DNA of 64,000 bases from Octopus sinensis (Eukaryota): the NCBI RefSeq assembly GCF_006345805.1, contig NC_043004.1, positions 92,938,001-93,002,000 of the forward strand, written 5' to 3'. The notes beneath the pieces were generated by a model. That model searched no databases, was not told the origin of the DNA, and worked only from the letters and a program-made list of their open reading frames with translations. Made by a program: the position numbers and the translations under genes. Below, piece after piece: positions 36,855-49,873 of this stretch (the first letter of the stretch is position 1; the number at the start of each line of letters is the position of its first letter).

Positions 36855-38760
36855 TACATTTAAGACACACACACATATATACACACCACTATCCTGAAGA
36901 AATATGCAGGCTCATTCTATACTGTTGTTAGCATCCTGGTTATGAATGGAATTAACTCTGACCAGAAATTAGTTTGAAATTGTGCAATTATTTCAATAGA
37001 CATATGTAGTTACCAAAAACCTTAGGTAAATTCTAGATTTCATCCAACCTTCCCTAACAATTTGTATATGTCTAAAACATACTTAGGTACAGAAAATGTC
37101 TTCTGTGTGTGTATATGTATACATATGCCAGTTTGAAAAACAGATGTTAAATACATTTATACTCATACATTCAAGGTGATCATCGACTTTTTCTGTTTGG
37201 TTTATTATATGCACACTCACTTGGTCAAAATAAAATCTTTGAGTAGCCACGTGTGGTATTAGAAAAGCAAGGTAAAGAGGTGGGGTATTTTTGTTATATT
37301 TAACATAAACCAAACTGTCATTATTTTTATTTCAATGTTCTTTTGAAAATTGTCATAATTGCGGATTTGTGAATTTTCGTCAAACAGCTGTTGTCTTATC
37401 TATATATATAATGTAGGATAATTCCAGTTGTTAGCAAAGTTCATCATGATGATCAACCTGTCACTATTCTTTTGACTAGGAGGTAGGACAAACAGTTCTG
37501 TCTGGTGACAATAGTGAGTGAAATTGTGCAGAGTGGAAATAACTGAAAGGACTAAATACAAGCACTTTTTTCTTTGGCCAGTTTCACATTGATTTTTTTT
37601 TTTCAAGTTCCACTTGAAGAAGGTGGAGGGGTGGAGTGGGAGGTACTGCCCTCCAGTAAATTTGATGAAAGGTGGAAGAGGGTAGCTAGCATGTTTCTGT
37701 GCACTGTAGAATGACATTGGGGAGAATGGAACTTATTCTTGGTAGTCAGGATAATCCAAGAGCTGCAACGTTTCTTTGATTTACTCAGTGGTTTTTCTCT
37801 TGGAACATTACTCTAGTACCTTATGTATGCAGTCCATTCTATACCACCACCCTTCATTTTATTTCATTTAGTTTCAGGGTAAGTCTCCACACTTGCCTGT
37901 CCCTGTAATGACATTACCTGTCCCTGTAATGTTCTTTTAGTCATCACCTTTTTGGCAGCAATAAAGAATTATTATTAATGAATTATTATTACTGTGCTGG
38001 TGGCACGTAAAAAGCACCCACTACACTCACGGAGTGGTTGGCGTTAGGAAGGGCATCCAGCCGTAGAAACATTGCCAGATCAGACTGGGCCTGGTGCAGC
38101 CTTCTGGCTTCCCAGACTCCAGTTGAACCATCCAACCCATGCTAGCATGGAAAGCAGATGCTAAACAATGATGATGAATTGACAATATATGTATAGTATT
38201 TGATAAAGTGATGTCTAATTATATTTTGTTGTTCTGAGTTCAAATCTCACCTGGATCTGATAAAATGCGTACCATTCAATTACTTAGAGTCAAGATAATC
38301 CATACCCCGCCACGGACAATTTATGGCTTTGAGCTGTCACATCTTTGTTACAATACTAGGAGATATAAGTTAAAAGAACAATACTTTGCAGCATTTATGT
38401 CTCTATTTTTTGAGTGCAAATCCTTTCGAGATCAGTTTTACCTTTCATCCTCGTGGGATTTGACAAAATTAATATCAATGATATTTTTCATTAGGTATGA
38501 AAAATATATCATTGCTATTAATGGGTTACAGGTTGCCCATGACTGCAGTAGAGTATTCTTTTTTTTTCTTTCACTTATTTCAATCATTAGACGGAGGTCA
38601 TGCTAGGGCACCACCTTAAATTTTAGTTGAACAAATCAAGCCCAGGACTTATTTTGTTTTAAGCCTGGTACTTATTTTGTTGGTCTCTTTTACTGAACTG
38701 CTAAATGACGAGGACATAAACATACCAACACTGGTTATCAAGTGATGATGGACACACACA

Positions 38761-38804
<44 letters not shown>

Positions 38805-39981
38805 GTGGCCTTTTTTCAGTTTCTGTCTACCAGATCCACTCACAAGGCTTTGGTTGGCCCAAGGCTGTAATAAAAAACACTTACCCAAGGTCCAGTATAG
38901 TGGGACTGAACCTAGAATCGTTTGGTTGGGAATCAAGATTCTTACCACATAGTCATGCCTAAATAAAATGTCTTGCACTCCAAGTACAAATTCTATCATA
39001 GTTTTGAATTTATTCTTTTAGTCTCTTCAAACCAATAAAATAAATATCAGTCCAGTAAAGGTGACAGTACTGTTGACACTCCCTGTTTGTTATCGATCTA
39101 CTTTACACCAAACTGCTATCTGGTTTACTGAAGGAGATGGGCAATAATGGTGCTAGTCACATTTTACTTCTCTCTAAGTGGAAATGTTTCTTTACACAGG
39201 AAATTGCGGATGTTGTGTGTATGTGTCTGTGTGTCGTGATGTTAATTAACTTGTGTGTGTGTGTGTGTTTGTAGTCTGCTTTTTATCTGTGTGTGTGTGT
39301 AAATGCAAGTTGTTTTGTCATAGATGCGCTTATTTCATTCTTACCATATCACCACTGTGTCATTATAGGTTTATATTTGACTATGAACTAATAAAGGTAT
39401 ACGTGTGTGTGTGTGTGTGTGTGTGTATATGGCACGTAAAAAGCAGCCACTACACTCGCGGAGTGGTTGGCGTTAGGAAGGGCATCCAGCCGTAGAAACA
39501 TTGCCAGATCAGACTGGAGCCTGGTGCTGCCCCTGGCTTCCCAGACCCCGGTCGAACTGTCCAACCTGTGCTAGCGCGGAAAACGGACGTTAAGCGATGA
39601 TGATGATGATATATATATATATATGTATACATATATATATATGTATATATGGTGGTCTACTGCTTATATTTTGTCTGCATGTAAAACACATGTATACACA
39701 CACACACATAATAAAAGATCATAAAGAAGTTATCACTCAAAAAAGAATTGTTTACATAAACTTTATGCTATGTATTGAGTACTTTTTATTGTTTTACAAA
39801 TTGTATCATTTAAATGTGTACGTATGTACGTGTGTATATATTATGTATGCACACATTAATATTAGTCAGCTCGGTAACTGGATAAAATGTGTTTGTACAT
39901 TTGCCTGTATATAAGTACATTAGCTGTAACAGTGACCCCGGAGCTGTGTATACACACCTGTTGAGTGTTCTATACATTCAG

Positions 39982-40032
39982 CTGTTAAAGAATGCCAAAA
40001 ATGCTGCGTGTTTGTATCTACATGGGAGGCAG
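39982..40032 (+). other. Weak candidate internal exon (51 nt)
   Basis: cattcag|...GGCAG|gtatgg; open in two phases; acceptor pyrimidine tract modest. Confidence 0.2.
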
Positions 40033-40827
40033 GTATGGAAGTGAAGACGAGGTTGACAGCCAGAGGATGGTGGTGGAGATAAACACTGGAAAGAGTTTAA
40101 GAAGTAGTTGTTCATTTGGGACCTGTTAACTTACTATAGCTGGATAAGTGGAAGCACTAATATTTCTACAAGAGTATCATCTTACTTTGACTTGTTCAAA
40201 CACTAGCACAACAGAATAGTAAGTCAGGGTCTTTTTGTTTTTTTAATGTTTAGTCAGAAGAGAAGGCTTGTCCATGATAATTTACAGGGTCTGCAAAATT
40301 TGTGGGAGAGAGGGAGGAAGAAACCAAATGTCTGCACTTGCAACAGTGGCGGTGATTAAGGGCCAGGTGGTGGTAATAAACCAGGTGATTGATTAAATCT
40401 ACTATCAAATAACTTCAGTAGAAGAATAAAGTGGTTGAACCAGTCAACACCTCTCACCTACAATGTCTAATTCATATTGTTGTCGCTTAAAATTAATGGC
40501 AATTAAAGGAAAACAAGACAGTCTTCTGTTACTTTCCGAAGCCTTTGTGACAGTCTTGAGAAAAATGTGGCACTAGTCATGGCAGATATTGGTGTCATGC
40601 AACTGGCAGCCATGCCAGCGACATGTAAAAGCATCTATTACACTCTTGGAGTGGTAGGCGTTAGGGAGAGCATCCAGCTGTAAAAACCATGCCAAATCAG
40701 ACTGGAGTCTAATGCAGTCCCTCAGCTTGCCAGCCCTGATCAAACCATCCAATCCATACCAGCATGGACGACGAATATTAAAATATTGAAGTGAATTCTG
40801 AGAGACAATTTTCTGCAACATAACATA

Positions 40828-41226
40828 GGCGCAGGAGTGGCTGTGTGGTAAGTAGCTTGCTAACCAACCACATGGTTCCGGGTTCAGTGCCACTGCGTGG
40901 CATCTTGGGCAAGTGTCTTCTACTATAGCCTCGGGCCGACCAATGCCTTGTGAGTGGATTTGGGAGACGGAAACTGAAAGATGCCTGTTGTATATATGTG
41001 TATATATATATATTTATTTGTGTGTATGTTTGTGTGTCTGTGTTTGTCCCCCTAGCATTGCTTGACAACCGATGCTGGTGTGTTTACGTCCCCGTCACTT
41101 AGCGGTTCAGCAAAAGAGACCGATAGAATAAGTACTGGGCTTACAAAGAATAAGTCCCGGGGTCGATTTGCTCGACTAAAGGCGGTGCTCCTGCATGGCC
41201 GCAGTCAAATTACTGAAACAAGTAAA
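40828..41226 (+). mobile_element. Full-length CORE-like tRNA SINE
   Basis: Family head to tail. Confidence 0.9.
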
Positions 41227-42063
41227 AACAAGTATATATCATCATCATTTAACGTTTGTCTTCCATGTTGGAATGGGCTGGACAGTTTGACAGGAGCTGT
41301 TCAGCAAGAAAGCTACACCAGGCTCCATTATCTGTTTTGGGCTGGTTTCTGAGGATGGATGTCTTTCTTAATGCCAACCTCTTTACTGTGTGGTACTTTG
41401 GGCAAGTGTCTTCTGTTATAGTCCTGGTTCAGTCAAAGCCTTGTGAATGGATTTTGGAGACAGAAACTGAAAGAAGACCATTGTGTGTGTATCTATATAA
41501 ATGTTTGTGTGTACTTTTGTCTAGACAGTGTGATAGTTGTAAATGAACATCATCAAGTGATGTTTTCATTTCCAGTGTACTGTGAAAATGTGTTTGGCTC
41601 TGGTTAGTAACAGGGACATCCAGCTGTAGAAAACTACATCAGTGAGTTCCACCTGACCCAGACAAGCATGGGAAAGTAGACATTAAACCAATGATATATA
41701 TATATTCTTTTATTCTTTTACTTGTTTCAGTCATTTGACTGTTGGAGCACTGCCTTGAAGGGTTTTAGTCGAACAAATTGACTCCAGGACTTTTTTAAAA
41801 CCTAGTACTTATTCTACCAGTCTCTTTTGTTGAACTGTTAAGTTACAGGGATGTAAACACACCAACATGCACATAAGTTACACACACACAGACACACACA
41901 CACATATGCATGTATGTATGATGGGCTTCTTCCAGTTTCTGTTTACCAAATCCGCTCATAAGGCTATAGTAGAAGGTAGTTGCCCAAGGTGCCACACGTG
42001 GGACTAAACCCAGAACCATGTGGTTGAGAAGCAAGCATTTTGCCACACCTGCACCTTTATATA

Positions 42064-42475
42064 TACTCTTTTACTTGTTTCAGTCATTTGACTGCAGCCA
42101 TGCTGGAGCACCGCCTTTAATCGAGCAACTCGACCCCGGGACTTATTCTTTTTTTGCAAGCCCAGTACTTATTCTATCGGTCTCTTTTGCCGAACCGCTA
42201 AGTAACGGGGACATAAACACACCAGCATCGGTTGTCAAGCAATGCTAGGGGGACAAACACAGACACAAAAACACACACACACATATATATATATATATAC
42301 ATATATATATACGATGGGCTTCTTTTCAGTTTCCATCTACCAAACCCACTCACAAGGCTTTGGTCGGCCTGAGGCTATAGTAGAAGACACTTGCCCAAGG
42401 TGCCACGCAGTGGGACTGAACCCGGAACCATGTGGTTGGTAAAGAAGCTACTTACCACACAGCCACTCCTGCGCC
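42064..42475 (-). mobile_element. Full-length CORE-like tRNA SINE
   Basis: Family tail to head on the minus strand. Confidence 0.9.
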
Positions 42476-42900
42476 TATATACATACATATACATAAACAT
42501 TTTTACATTTCAACCATATGTGAATGTGGTCATGCTAGAGCACCACTCTGTGTGTGTGTTTATATAATATCCTAAAGAAATTACTATAATCAATAGCCAT
42601 GTTAATATGTTATTGATATTCAGTTTAGGCTTTTTGTACCTGTCTTTGGTATTGTTGCGTACCCTTCCCCCAACCCCTCATCCTGATTTCCTGTTCAATC
42701 ATTGTATTACTACTTTGCGTGTGTATGTGTAACAATCTGTTGAATTGTTGAGTATTTGTATGAATGAGTGTGTGTGTTTGCATCTACATGTATCCACATG
42801 TAACTAAATCTTTGAATAAGTAGTGTGTGTATGCTTCTTATTTCTTGGTGTCAGTGTGGAATAAATAGTTTTCTCCTCTTTTTTTTTTTTTTTGTGATAG

Positions 42901-42921
42901 AAGACTGGTGTACAGTTGCAG
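42901..42921 (+). other. Candidate 21-nt micro-exon of an unidentified plus-strand gene
   Basis: Long pyrimidine tract ttttctcctc(t)n gtgatag|AAGACTGGTGTACAGTTGCAG|gtatta in unique sequence. Confidence 0.4.
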
Positions 42922-43009
42922 GTATTATTTTACTTATTAACACAGTTTGTTTATTACTAAACCATTCAACCATAAGGTTAGAATGAATGCAGTTTTATCG
43001 TCTTTGTAG

Positions 43010-43064
43010 ACTGATGCAAGCGAACAGGAGTTGTTGAAAAAACTGGTTATGTTAAAGCTGTAAG
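43010..43064 (+). other. Candidate 55-nt exon (alternative donor gives 50 nt)
   Basis: ttttatcgtctttgtag|ACTGATG...GCTGTAAG|gtattt; 88-nt intron after the micro-exon. Confidence 0.3.
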
Positions 43065-43708
43065 GTATTTCATGCACACAAACACACACACACACACACT
43101 TTACATCTGGTTTGTTTTTATTCTTGTTTACATAAACTGGATATATAGGTATATATCACTGTCCTATCATTGGAGAATTGGTCTTTAGATTTTCTTTCAT
43201 TCACATTCTTGGCAACAGTATCTGCTCTTCTTTACCAGTTTCTCTCCTGAGTGAAATGTAATTCTGTTTCATTCTTTTGAATTTTAATGCTAAAATTTGA
43301 CCATAAAATAAACAATGCATTTGAAAGGGTGTCAACTGCTTTGAATGATTTTTGTGTAAACAATTACTACTAATCAATCATTTTACTATTTATTTTCTGT
43401 TTTGCTTTTGTGAGTAAGCAAATATGAACACCTGATTGAGTACCTATTATTGTAATGGGATTGTTGATAACAAGGCTTCCAACCATAAAAACTACAGCAA
43501 AAAAGAAATATAAAATACATATACAATAAAGATCAACAGTTTTTCTCTGTTTTGTAGTATTTGTAACAACAAAGGACATCATGATGTGGTATGATACTAT
43601 GCTGGTGCACACTGGCCCATGCCAGATAGGGGCTAAGAGCTGATTCCTTTAGAACACCTAGTGCAAACTGAAATTATTTAACTGGATACATTACTGACTC
43701 TTTCTTTA

Positions 43709-43945
43709 TATCATCATCATCATTTAACGTCCGTTCTCCATGCTAGCATGGGTTGGACGGTTCGACCGGGGATCTGGGAAGCCAGAAGGCTGCACCAGGC
43801 TCCAGTCTGATCTGGCAGTGTTTCTACAGCTGGGTGCCCTTCCTAACGCCAACCACTCCATGAGTGTAGTGAGTGCTTTTTACGTGCCACCTGCACAGGT
43901 GCCAGGCGAGGCTGGCAACGGCCACAATCGGATTGGTGCATTTTG
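43709..43945 (-). mobile_element. (GAT)n-tailed SINE-like copy
   Basis: Family motif; further copies at about 18395-18492, 37995-38177, 39428-39608 and 54815-55070. Confidence 0.8.
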
Positions 43946-44914
43946 ACAATCTTTCATTTACACACAGCTTTCTTAGCAACACCAGACTCCACTTGTAAAT
44001 GAGTATCACATAACCATACAATCAATGTCGTACATCATTCATTTCCAATATTCTGTGTAAAGACGTCTGGCCATGGGGAAATATCACCTGACTTGGAAAC
44101 AGGTGAGGGTTGACAATAGGAAAAGCATCCAAACATAATGAATCTGCCTCAATAAGCTTCCTCTCACTCATACAAACATGGAAGGATGGATGTTATGATG
44201 ATGATGATGATAATGGTGTGTATGTGTGTGTGAATGTTTGTTTGTTTATGTCTCCGTGTGAATATTTATATTCTATGATATCTTTGTAGGAAACTGCTTG
44301 AGCAAAAGCAGTGATGTTTTGTTGGCATTCCCTGTCAATAAATTGGTCCATAGCTTTACACTTTCTAAGTCCTTATAAAAGTCCCTTGCTTAAAAAACAG
44401 ACAGGGTTAGCAATAGGAAGAGCATCAGTAATAAGTTGTGGTCTAGCATGGGAAAATGGATGTGATACAAACGAACAATATATTTCTTTTACTTGTTTCA
44501 GACAGTTATGCTGGGGCAGTGCCTTAAAAGGTTTAATTGAATGAATTGCCCCCAGTACGTATTTTTAAACCTAGTACTTATTCCACTGGTCATTTTTGTC
44601 AAACTGCTAAGTTACAGGGGATGTAAACAAACTGACACCAGTTGTCAAGTGGTGAGCTGGCAGGTGGACAAACATAAGCACAAATACACACACATACACC
44701 TACATGATGGGCTTCTTTCAATTTATGCCTTCTAGATCCACTCAGAAGGTTTTGGTTGGGCAGAGGCTATTGTAGAAGACTGTTGCCCTTGGTGCTGTGC
44801 AATGGGAATGAACCTAAGACCATATAGTTGGGAAGTAAGCTTCTTAACCACATAGCCACAATATTTTTTTTTAAACATAGATTTTTTTTACCTCTAATTT
44901 CAACCAAAATGGTA

Positions 44915-45122
44915 TTCTTTTACTTGTTTCAGTCATTTGACTACGGCCATGCTGGAGCACCGCCTTTAATCGAGCAACTCGACCCCAGGACTTATTTTTT
45001 GTAAGCCCAGTACTTATTCTATCGATCTCTTTTGCCGATCCGCTAAGTAACGGGGACATAAACACACCAGCATCGGTTGTCAAGCAATGCTAGGAGGACA
45101 AACACAGACACAAACATACACA

Positions 45123-45160
<38 letters not shown>

Positions 45161-45313
45161 TACGACAGGCTTCTTTCAGTTTCCGTCTACCAAATCCACT
45201 CACAAGGCTTTGGTCGGCCCGAGGCTATAGTAGAAGAAACTTGCCCAAGGTGCCACACAGTGGGACTGAACCCGGAACCATGTGGTTGGTAAACAAGCTA
45301 CTTACCACACAGC
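44915..45313 (-). mobile_element. CORE-like tRNA SINE
   Basis: Family sequence on the minus strand. Confidence 0.9.
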
Positions 45314-46089
45314 CGGAGAAAGTTCCATTTTTTTTGTAAAACCAACTCATTTACAAACAAGAAAGACTAGAAGTCTTTGTTGTCTGTTCTTTTTAAATTT
45401 CTAAAATGTAGGTCAATTTTCTCCAACAAACATTACCATCACAACCACTACTGCTCATGCTGCTACTACTTCTACTAGCCAGTCTTGAGACAGACTACAT
45501 CTTTCATTGAAATTAGAAGTATCGGTGGTGGTGGGTGGTGTTGTCAAAATGTCTTATTTGACAGCAATCACTTGTTTCAGTTTAGTGTGCAGAAAGAGAA
45601 AGTAGTGGAAAGTGAGGGTGTGTTTGTTTGGCAAAATGTCTGTTCTGTTGTAATCTAAGCTGTTCGTTCATTAGTGTGGAATTATGAAGAAACAAGAAAG
45701 CTCAAGTTGGGTATATTTAGTTTTAGTGCTGTCTACTTCAAAGAGGTCTTTAAAAATCTTATAAACTGTACACCATGATTTAGAAAGAGTTGCCACATAC
45801 ACACACACTATCATCACATTGCATCCACATTCCATGATAGCATGGAATGGACAGTTTGACAAGGATCTAATGAGTTGAAGGACTGCATTGTGCTCCAGTG
45901 TCTGCTTTGGTATGGTTTCTGTGACTGATGCCCTTTCTAAAACCAACCAATGTGTACTGGGTGTTTTCCTTTTTTTTGTCAATAAAACCAAGGAGGGAGG
46001 ATGTTGCCTCTGTATGTTAGATGGAGGTTAAGGTATGTTTGGAGCAGAGCAAGTTCTTGTTGTAGAAGAGCTACATGGCTGCCCACATT

Positions 46090-46127
<38 letters not shown>

Positions 46128-46569
46128 TTAGAAGTATCTCCCAGGAGGTATTGTGGTAAGGTGTTCAGGGGCACCTCAGCTAGCAGGTGCAGTAGTAGGT
46201 GGGGAGGGTGGAGGTTTGCAAGAATGTATGGGGGAAAGAGATAGGGGAAATGGAAAGGCATATATATCTGTAAATGTAATATGTGACAATTATTCCGCAG
46301 CCATGATAAAACTGCGAATTTTGGATGTAGGGTGCACACGTGCACAAAAAATTCTATATATATGTCTATATATGCACAGGAAAAATGTAGGGTGGAAGGT
46401 AGAATACAGAAAAAATGTGTAAAAAATATATGAGCAATAAAACTATAAAACATCTCTATAAATATGTAAAAAATATATAAAAAATATATAAGAAATATAA
46501 GTAAAAATTATAGAGAAATAAAAAGGCTGTACATGGACACAATATAGAAAGCAAGTCCTATCTGTAATC

Positions 46570-46900
46570 TCGTGGGGACCAAAAACATAACAAATATTTA
46601 GCCACGTGTAGACATGATCCGGAAAGTTCAGTTCTTGAATTTAGACATGTGGCAGGGTCTAAGCTGCTTTTCTAGATGAGCCATCTTTCCATATCACAAA
46701 GACTGCACTTTCCCCTGCCGATGGTGTAGGGCTTACACTTGGCTAAGATCTTCCAATGTATGTTGTAACTGACACCTTTATCTTTTAATGACTGGATAAT
46801 TTGGTCGTTTTCCATTTATCCCAGTGCCTGAAGCTCAAGGTGTGATTATTGAACCTGTCCTTGAAATTACCCTCTGTAAAGCCCAAGTATTTCTTTGGGG
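46570..46900 (-). mobile_element. Penelope-like GIY-YIG endonuclease remnant
   Basis: KKYLGFTEGNFKDRFNNHTLSFRH...TKLSSH, then after a frameshift LKDKGVSYNIHWKILAKCKPY...KCSLCDMERWLI*...CLNSRTELSGSCLH. Confidence 0.85.
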
Positions 46901-46935
46901 CAAGAGGGAAGAGATAGGGGAAGTAGGAGGATATA

Positions 46936-46989
<54 letters not shown>

Positions 46990-46993
46990 CATA

Positions 46994-47377
46994 CTAGCAG
47001 TATCGCCCGGCGTTGCTCAGGTTTGTAAGGGAAATAACTATAAAGCATTTTTAGAGAGTTATAGCCAAAAAATAGCAAAAAAATGGAAAAAAATGATGGT
47101 AAATTTTTTTTGAGAGTGAAAAAAGGTGGAGTTGCGTCCCCTAGACAGTTTGCGGTTTGTGTTTCTGATTCTCGACCCCATGTCGAATTTATCGATTTTT
47201 TTCAGAACTGGGGGAACTTTTCAAAATTTTCGCTACGTTAGTTTTGAATTATGACATTGGGCTATGTGTGTGTCAAGTTTCATCAGAATCGGTTGAAAGC
47301 CGTGGTCAGGGTGAGGGTACAAGCAAACAGACACACAGAAACACGCACAGACAAACTGCCGTTTATATAGAGAGAGA
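46994..47377 (-). mobile_element. Non-autonomous Helitron
   Basis: Minus strand A|TC...hairpin cctgagcaacgccggg...CTAG|T. Confidence 0.85.
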
Positions 47378-47911
47378 TATATATCCAGGCTTTCAGTATA
47401 ATGCTGTTTATGAATGTTTTATTTGTTTCAGTCATTGGACTGCAGGCATACTTGGACATTGGCTTGAAGGATTTTAGCTGCACAAATCAATTCCAGCACT
47501 TATTCTTTAAGTCTAGTACTTACTTTTCAGTCTCTTTTGCTGAACTGCTCTGTTACAGGGACATAAATAAACCAACACTGGTTGTCAAGATTGCACACAC
47601 ACACACACACACACATACATATGATGTGCTTTCACACAGTTACTGCATACCATATTCATGCACAAAGCATTGGTCGGCAACAAGCTATAGAAGATAGTTG
47701 CCCAAGATGCTGCACAGTGGGACTGAAGCCAAAACTGTGGTTGCAAAGCAAACTTCTTAACCACAGTCAAGTTCATATCTATCTGTTTAGTAAGCATGCC
47801 TATCTGCCAAGTTAGGCCCCATGACAAAACCATGCAGTGGATGTGTGTGTGTGTGGAGGAAGCATCTTGAATTAAAGATTGAAGCAAGTAACTAGTTTTG
47901 TTTCTCCTTAA

Positions 47912-48123
47912 CCCTTTTGTTACTGTATTTATTTTGAGATGCTCTGTGTTTCTTTCAATTATTTTAAATATAACAAAGAATTTAGTAAAATAACTTAGTT
48001 ATCATTAAGTTAGTGTTAGGAACATAAATTGTAACTAAGGAATATTTTAATTTAAAACTTATGAAAACAAGACATTTTACCACAGAGCCAGGGCCGGTTT
48101 TGGCCGGGTTAGTAACAAAAGGG
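47912..48123. mobile_element. piggyBac-type MITE
   Basis: TTAA|CCCTTTTG...CAAAAGGG|TTAA. Confidence 0.85.
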
Positions 48124-48403
48124 TTAAAGACTTAAGAATTGCAAACCTCTGTCTCTGAAGCTGTTGCTGTTAAACAGTGTAAACAGAAGAACCTCTGATA
48201 AGAAAGGCAAACGAAATTATAACAAGCATAATTTCATTTATATAATTGTACAAGGTTGACAGCTGGTAATTAATAACTATAATATCACTGCAGTGTGGTT
48301 GTGAATGAATATGTTTATGGTGTTACTGACATTCTACCTCAGGGCCTAATTTCATGAGACTAAATACGCTTGATATGACTCCATATATATGTGTGCATGT
48401 ATG

Positions 48404-48435
<32 letters not shown>

Positions 48436-48439
<4 letters not shown>

Positions 48440-48858
48440 ATCCAAACATGAACAAAGAGAAAACACAACGTGAGGATGTGGAACAAGTATAGTGTTATTG
48501 GACGCTCAGGAAAGGAAAGAAAGGAGGAGGATTTAATGTTTCGAGCGGAGCTCTTTGTCAGAAACATAGAAAAAGGAAAGGTCCAAGGAAGGGAAGACGG
48601 AGAAAGAAAATTGCCAACGGTACACGCACAGTTGCATATTGAATGTATATATATATACATTCAAAGTGTGACCGCGTATGTACCGTTGGCGATTTTTTTT
48701 CCTCTGTCTTCCCTTCTCTGGATCTTTCCTTCTATGTTTCCGACGAAGAGCTCTGCTCGAAACGTTAAACCCTCCTTCTTCCCTTCCTTCCTGAGTGCCC
48801 AATAATACTATATTTGTTCCACGTCCTCGCGTTGTTGTGTTTTCATGTTTGGATTAAC
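48436..48858. mobile_element. Inverted pair of PLE pseudo-LTR-like units around a (TA)n core
   Basis: Arms 48436-48645 and 48658-48858 are diverged reverse complements; each contains a hammerhead-like motif. Confidence 0.8.
48736..48770 (+). ncRNA. Candidate minimal type-I hammerhead with U4C core
   Basis: GUUU-CCGACGA-A-GAGC-UCU-GCUC-GAA-ACGU-U-AAAC. Confidence 0.7.
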
Positions 48859-49477
48859 TATATATATATATTTATTTATAAACACACACACACACACACG
48901 TGTGTGTGTGTGTGTGTGTATGTATGTGTGTGTGTATATACTGAACTCTTTTGTCACAAATGACAAATGAGGTTTCTGCAGTTTCTTAGCTCAACAAACT
49001 GCACAGATGTTTTGGTTATTTCCTTATTGTGATCAAGTGTTTATTATATATATTAGCTCACTCCTATCATTGCCTGTACAGGTGCGTGGTATGTCACACC
49101 TTGCACATCAGTCCTTGCAGAGCAATATGAAATGAAGTGTTTTGCTCAAGGACACAAGGCTCTGCACAATCTGGGAATTGAAGCCATGACCTTGCAATTG
49201 TGAGTGCAGTCCTCTAACCAGTATAACCACTAAGTGACAGCATAGCCGTGTGGTAAGAAGCTTGCTTCCCAACCACATGGTTCTGGGTTAAGTTGCATGG
49301 CCACAGTTAAATGACTGAAACAAGTAAGGACTTAAAACTGAGAGTAGAATGAAATTTCAACATTCATGATGGTTTTGCCTTCAAGTTTCACCTGATGGCT
49401 TATTCAACCAATTTGGCTAAATGGTCTCCAGGGAAATTTTAACCTCCTTGTCAAGATAAATCTCTCTCTCTCATATA

Positions 49478-49873
49478 TCTTTATATATAAAAGTCAAGTT
49501 GTGTGTCTGTCTACTCCGATTTAGATTCCTAACTACTCCCACATTTTGCGGTGCAGTTTAACCAAAACTGGGTATCTTATAGTCTTGATTCATATCGAGC
49601 CCTTCTGGGTATTAGCGCGCGTCTACGATGAGTCTACGATTTCAAAAATAATTTACCATCATTTTTTTCCATTTTAATGCATTTCTTTCGCTATCATATA
49701 AGGGAAGTAACTCTCTAAAAATGTCTACGATGAGTCAACGATTTAAAAAAAAATTTACCATTTTTTTCCATTTTTAATGCATTTTTTTTGCTATTTTTTG
49801 GCTATAACTCTCTAAAAATACTTATATAGTTATTTCCCTTACAAACCCGAGCAACGCCGGGCGATACTGCTAG
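49478..49873 (+). mobile_element. Non-autonomous Helitron
   Basis: A|TCtttatatata...hairpin cccgagcaacgccggg...CTAG|T. Confidence 0.85.

Noticed and set aside
46040-46085. Decayed hammerhead-like motif near the 46.6 kb Penelope remnant
   Set aside because: Too many core mismatches to distinguish from chance.
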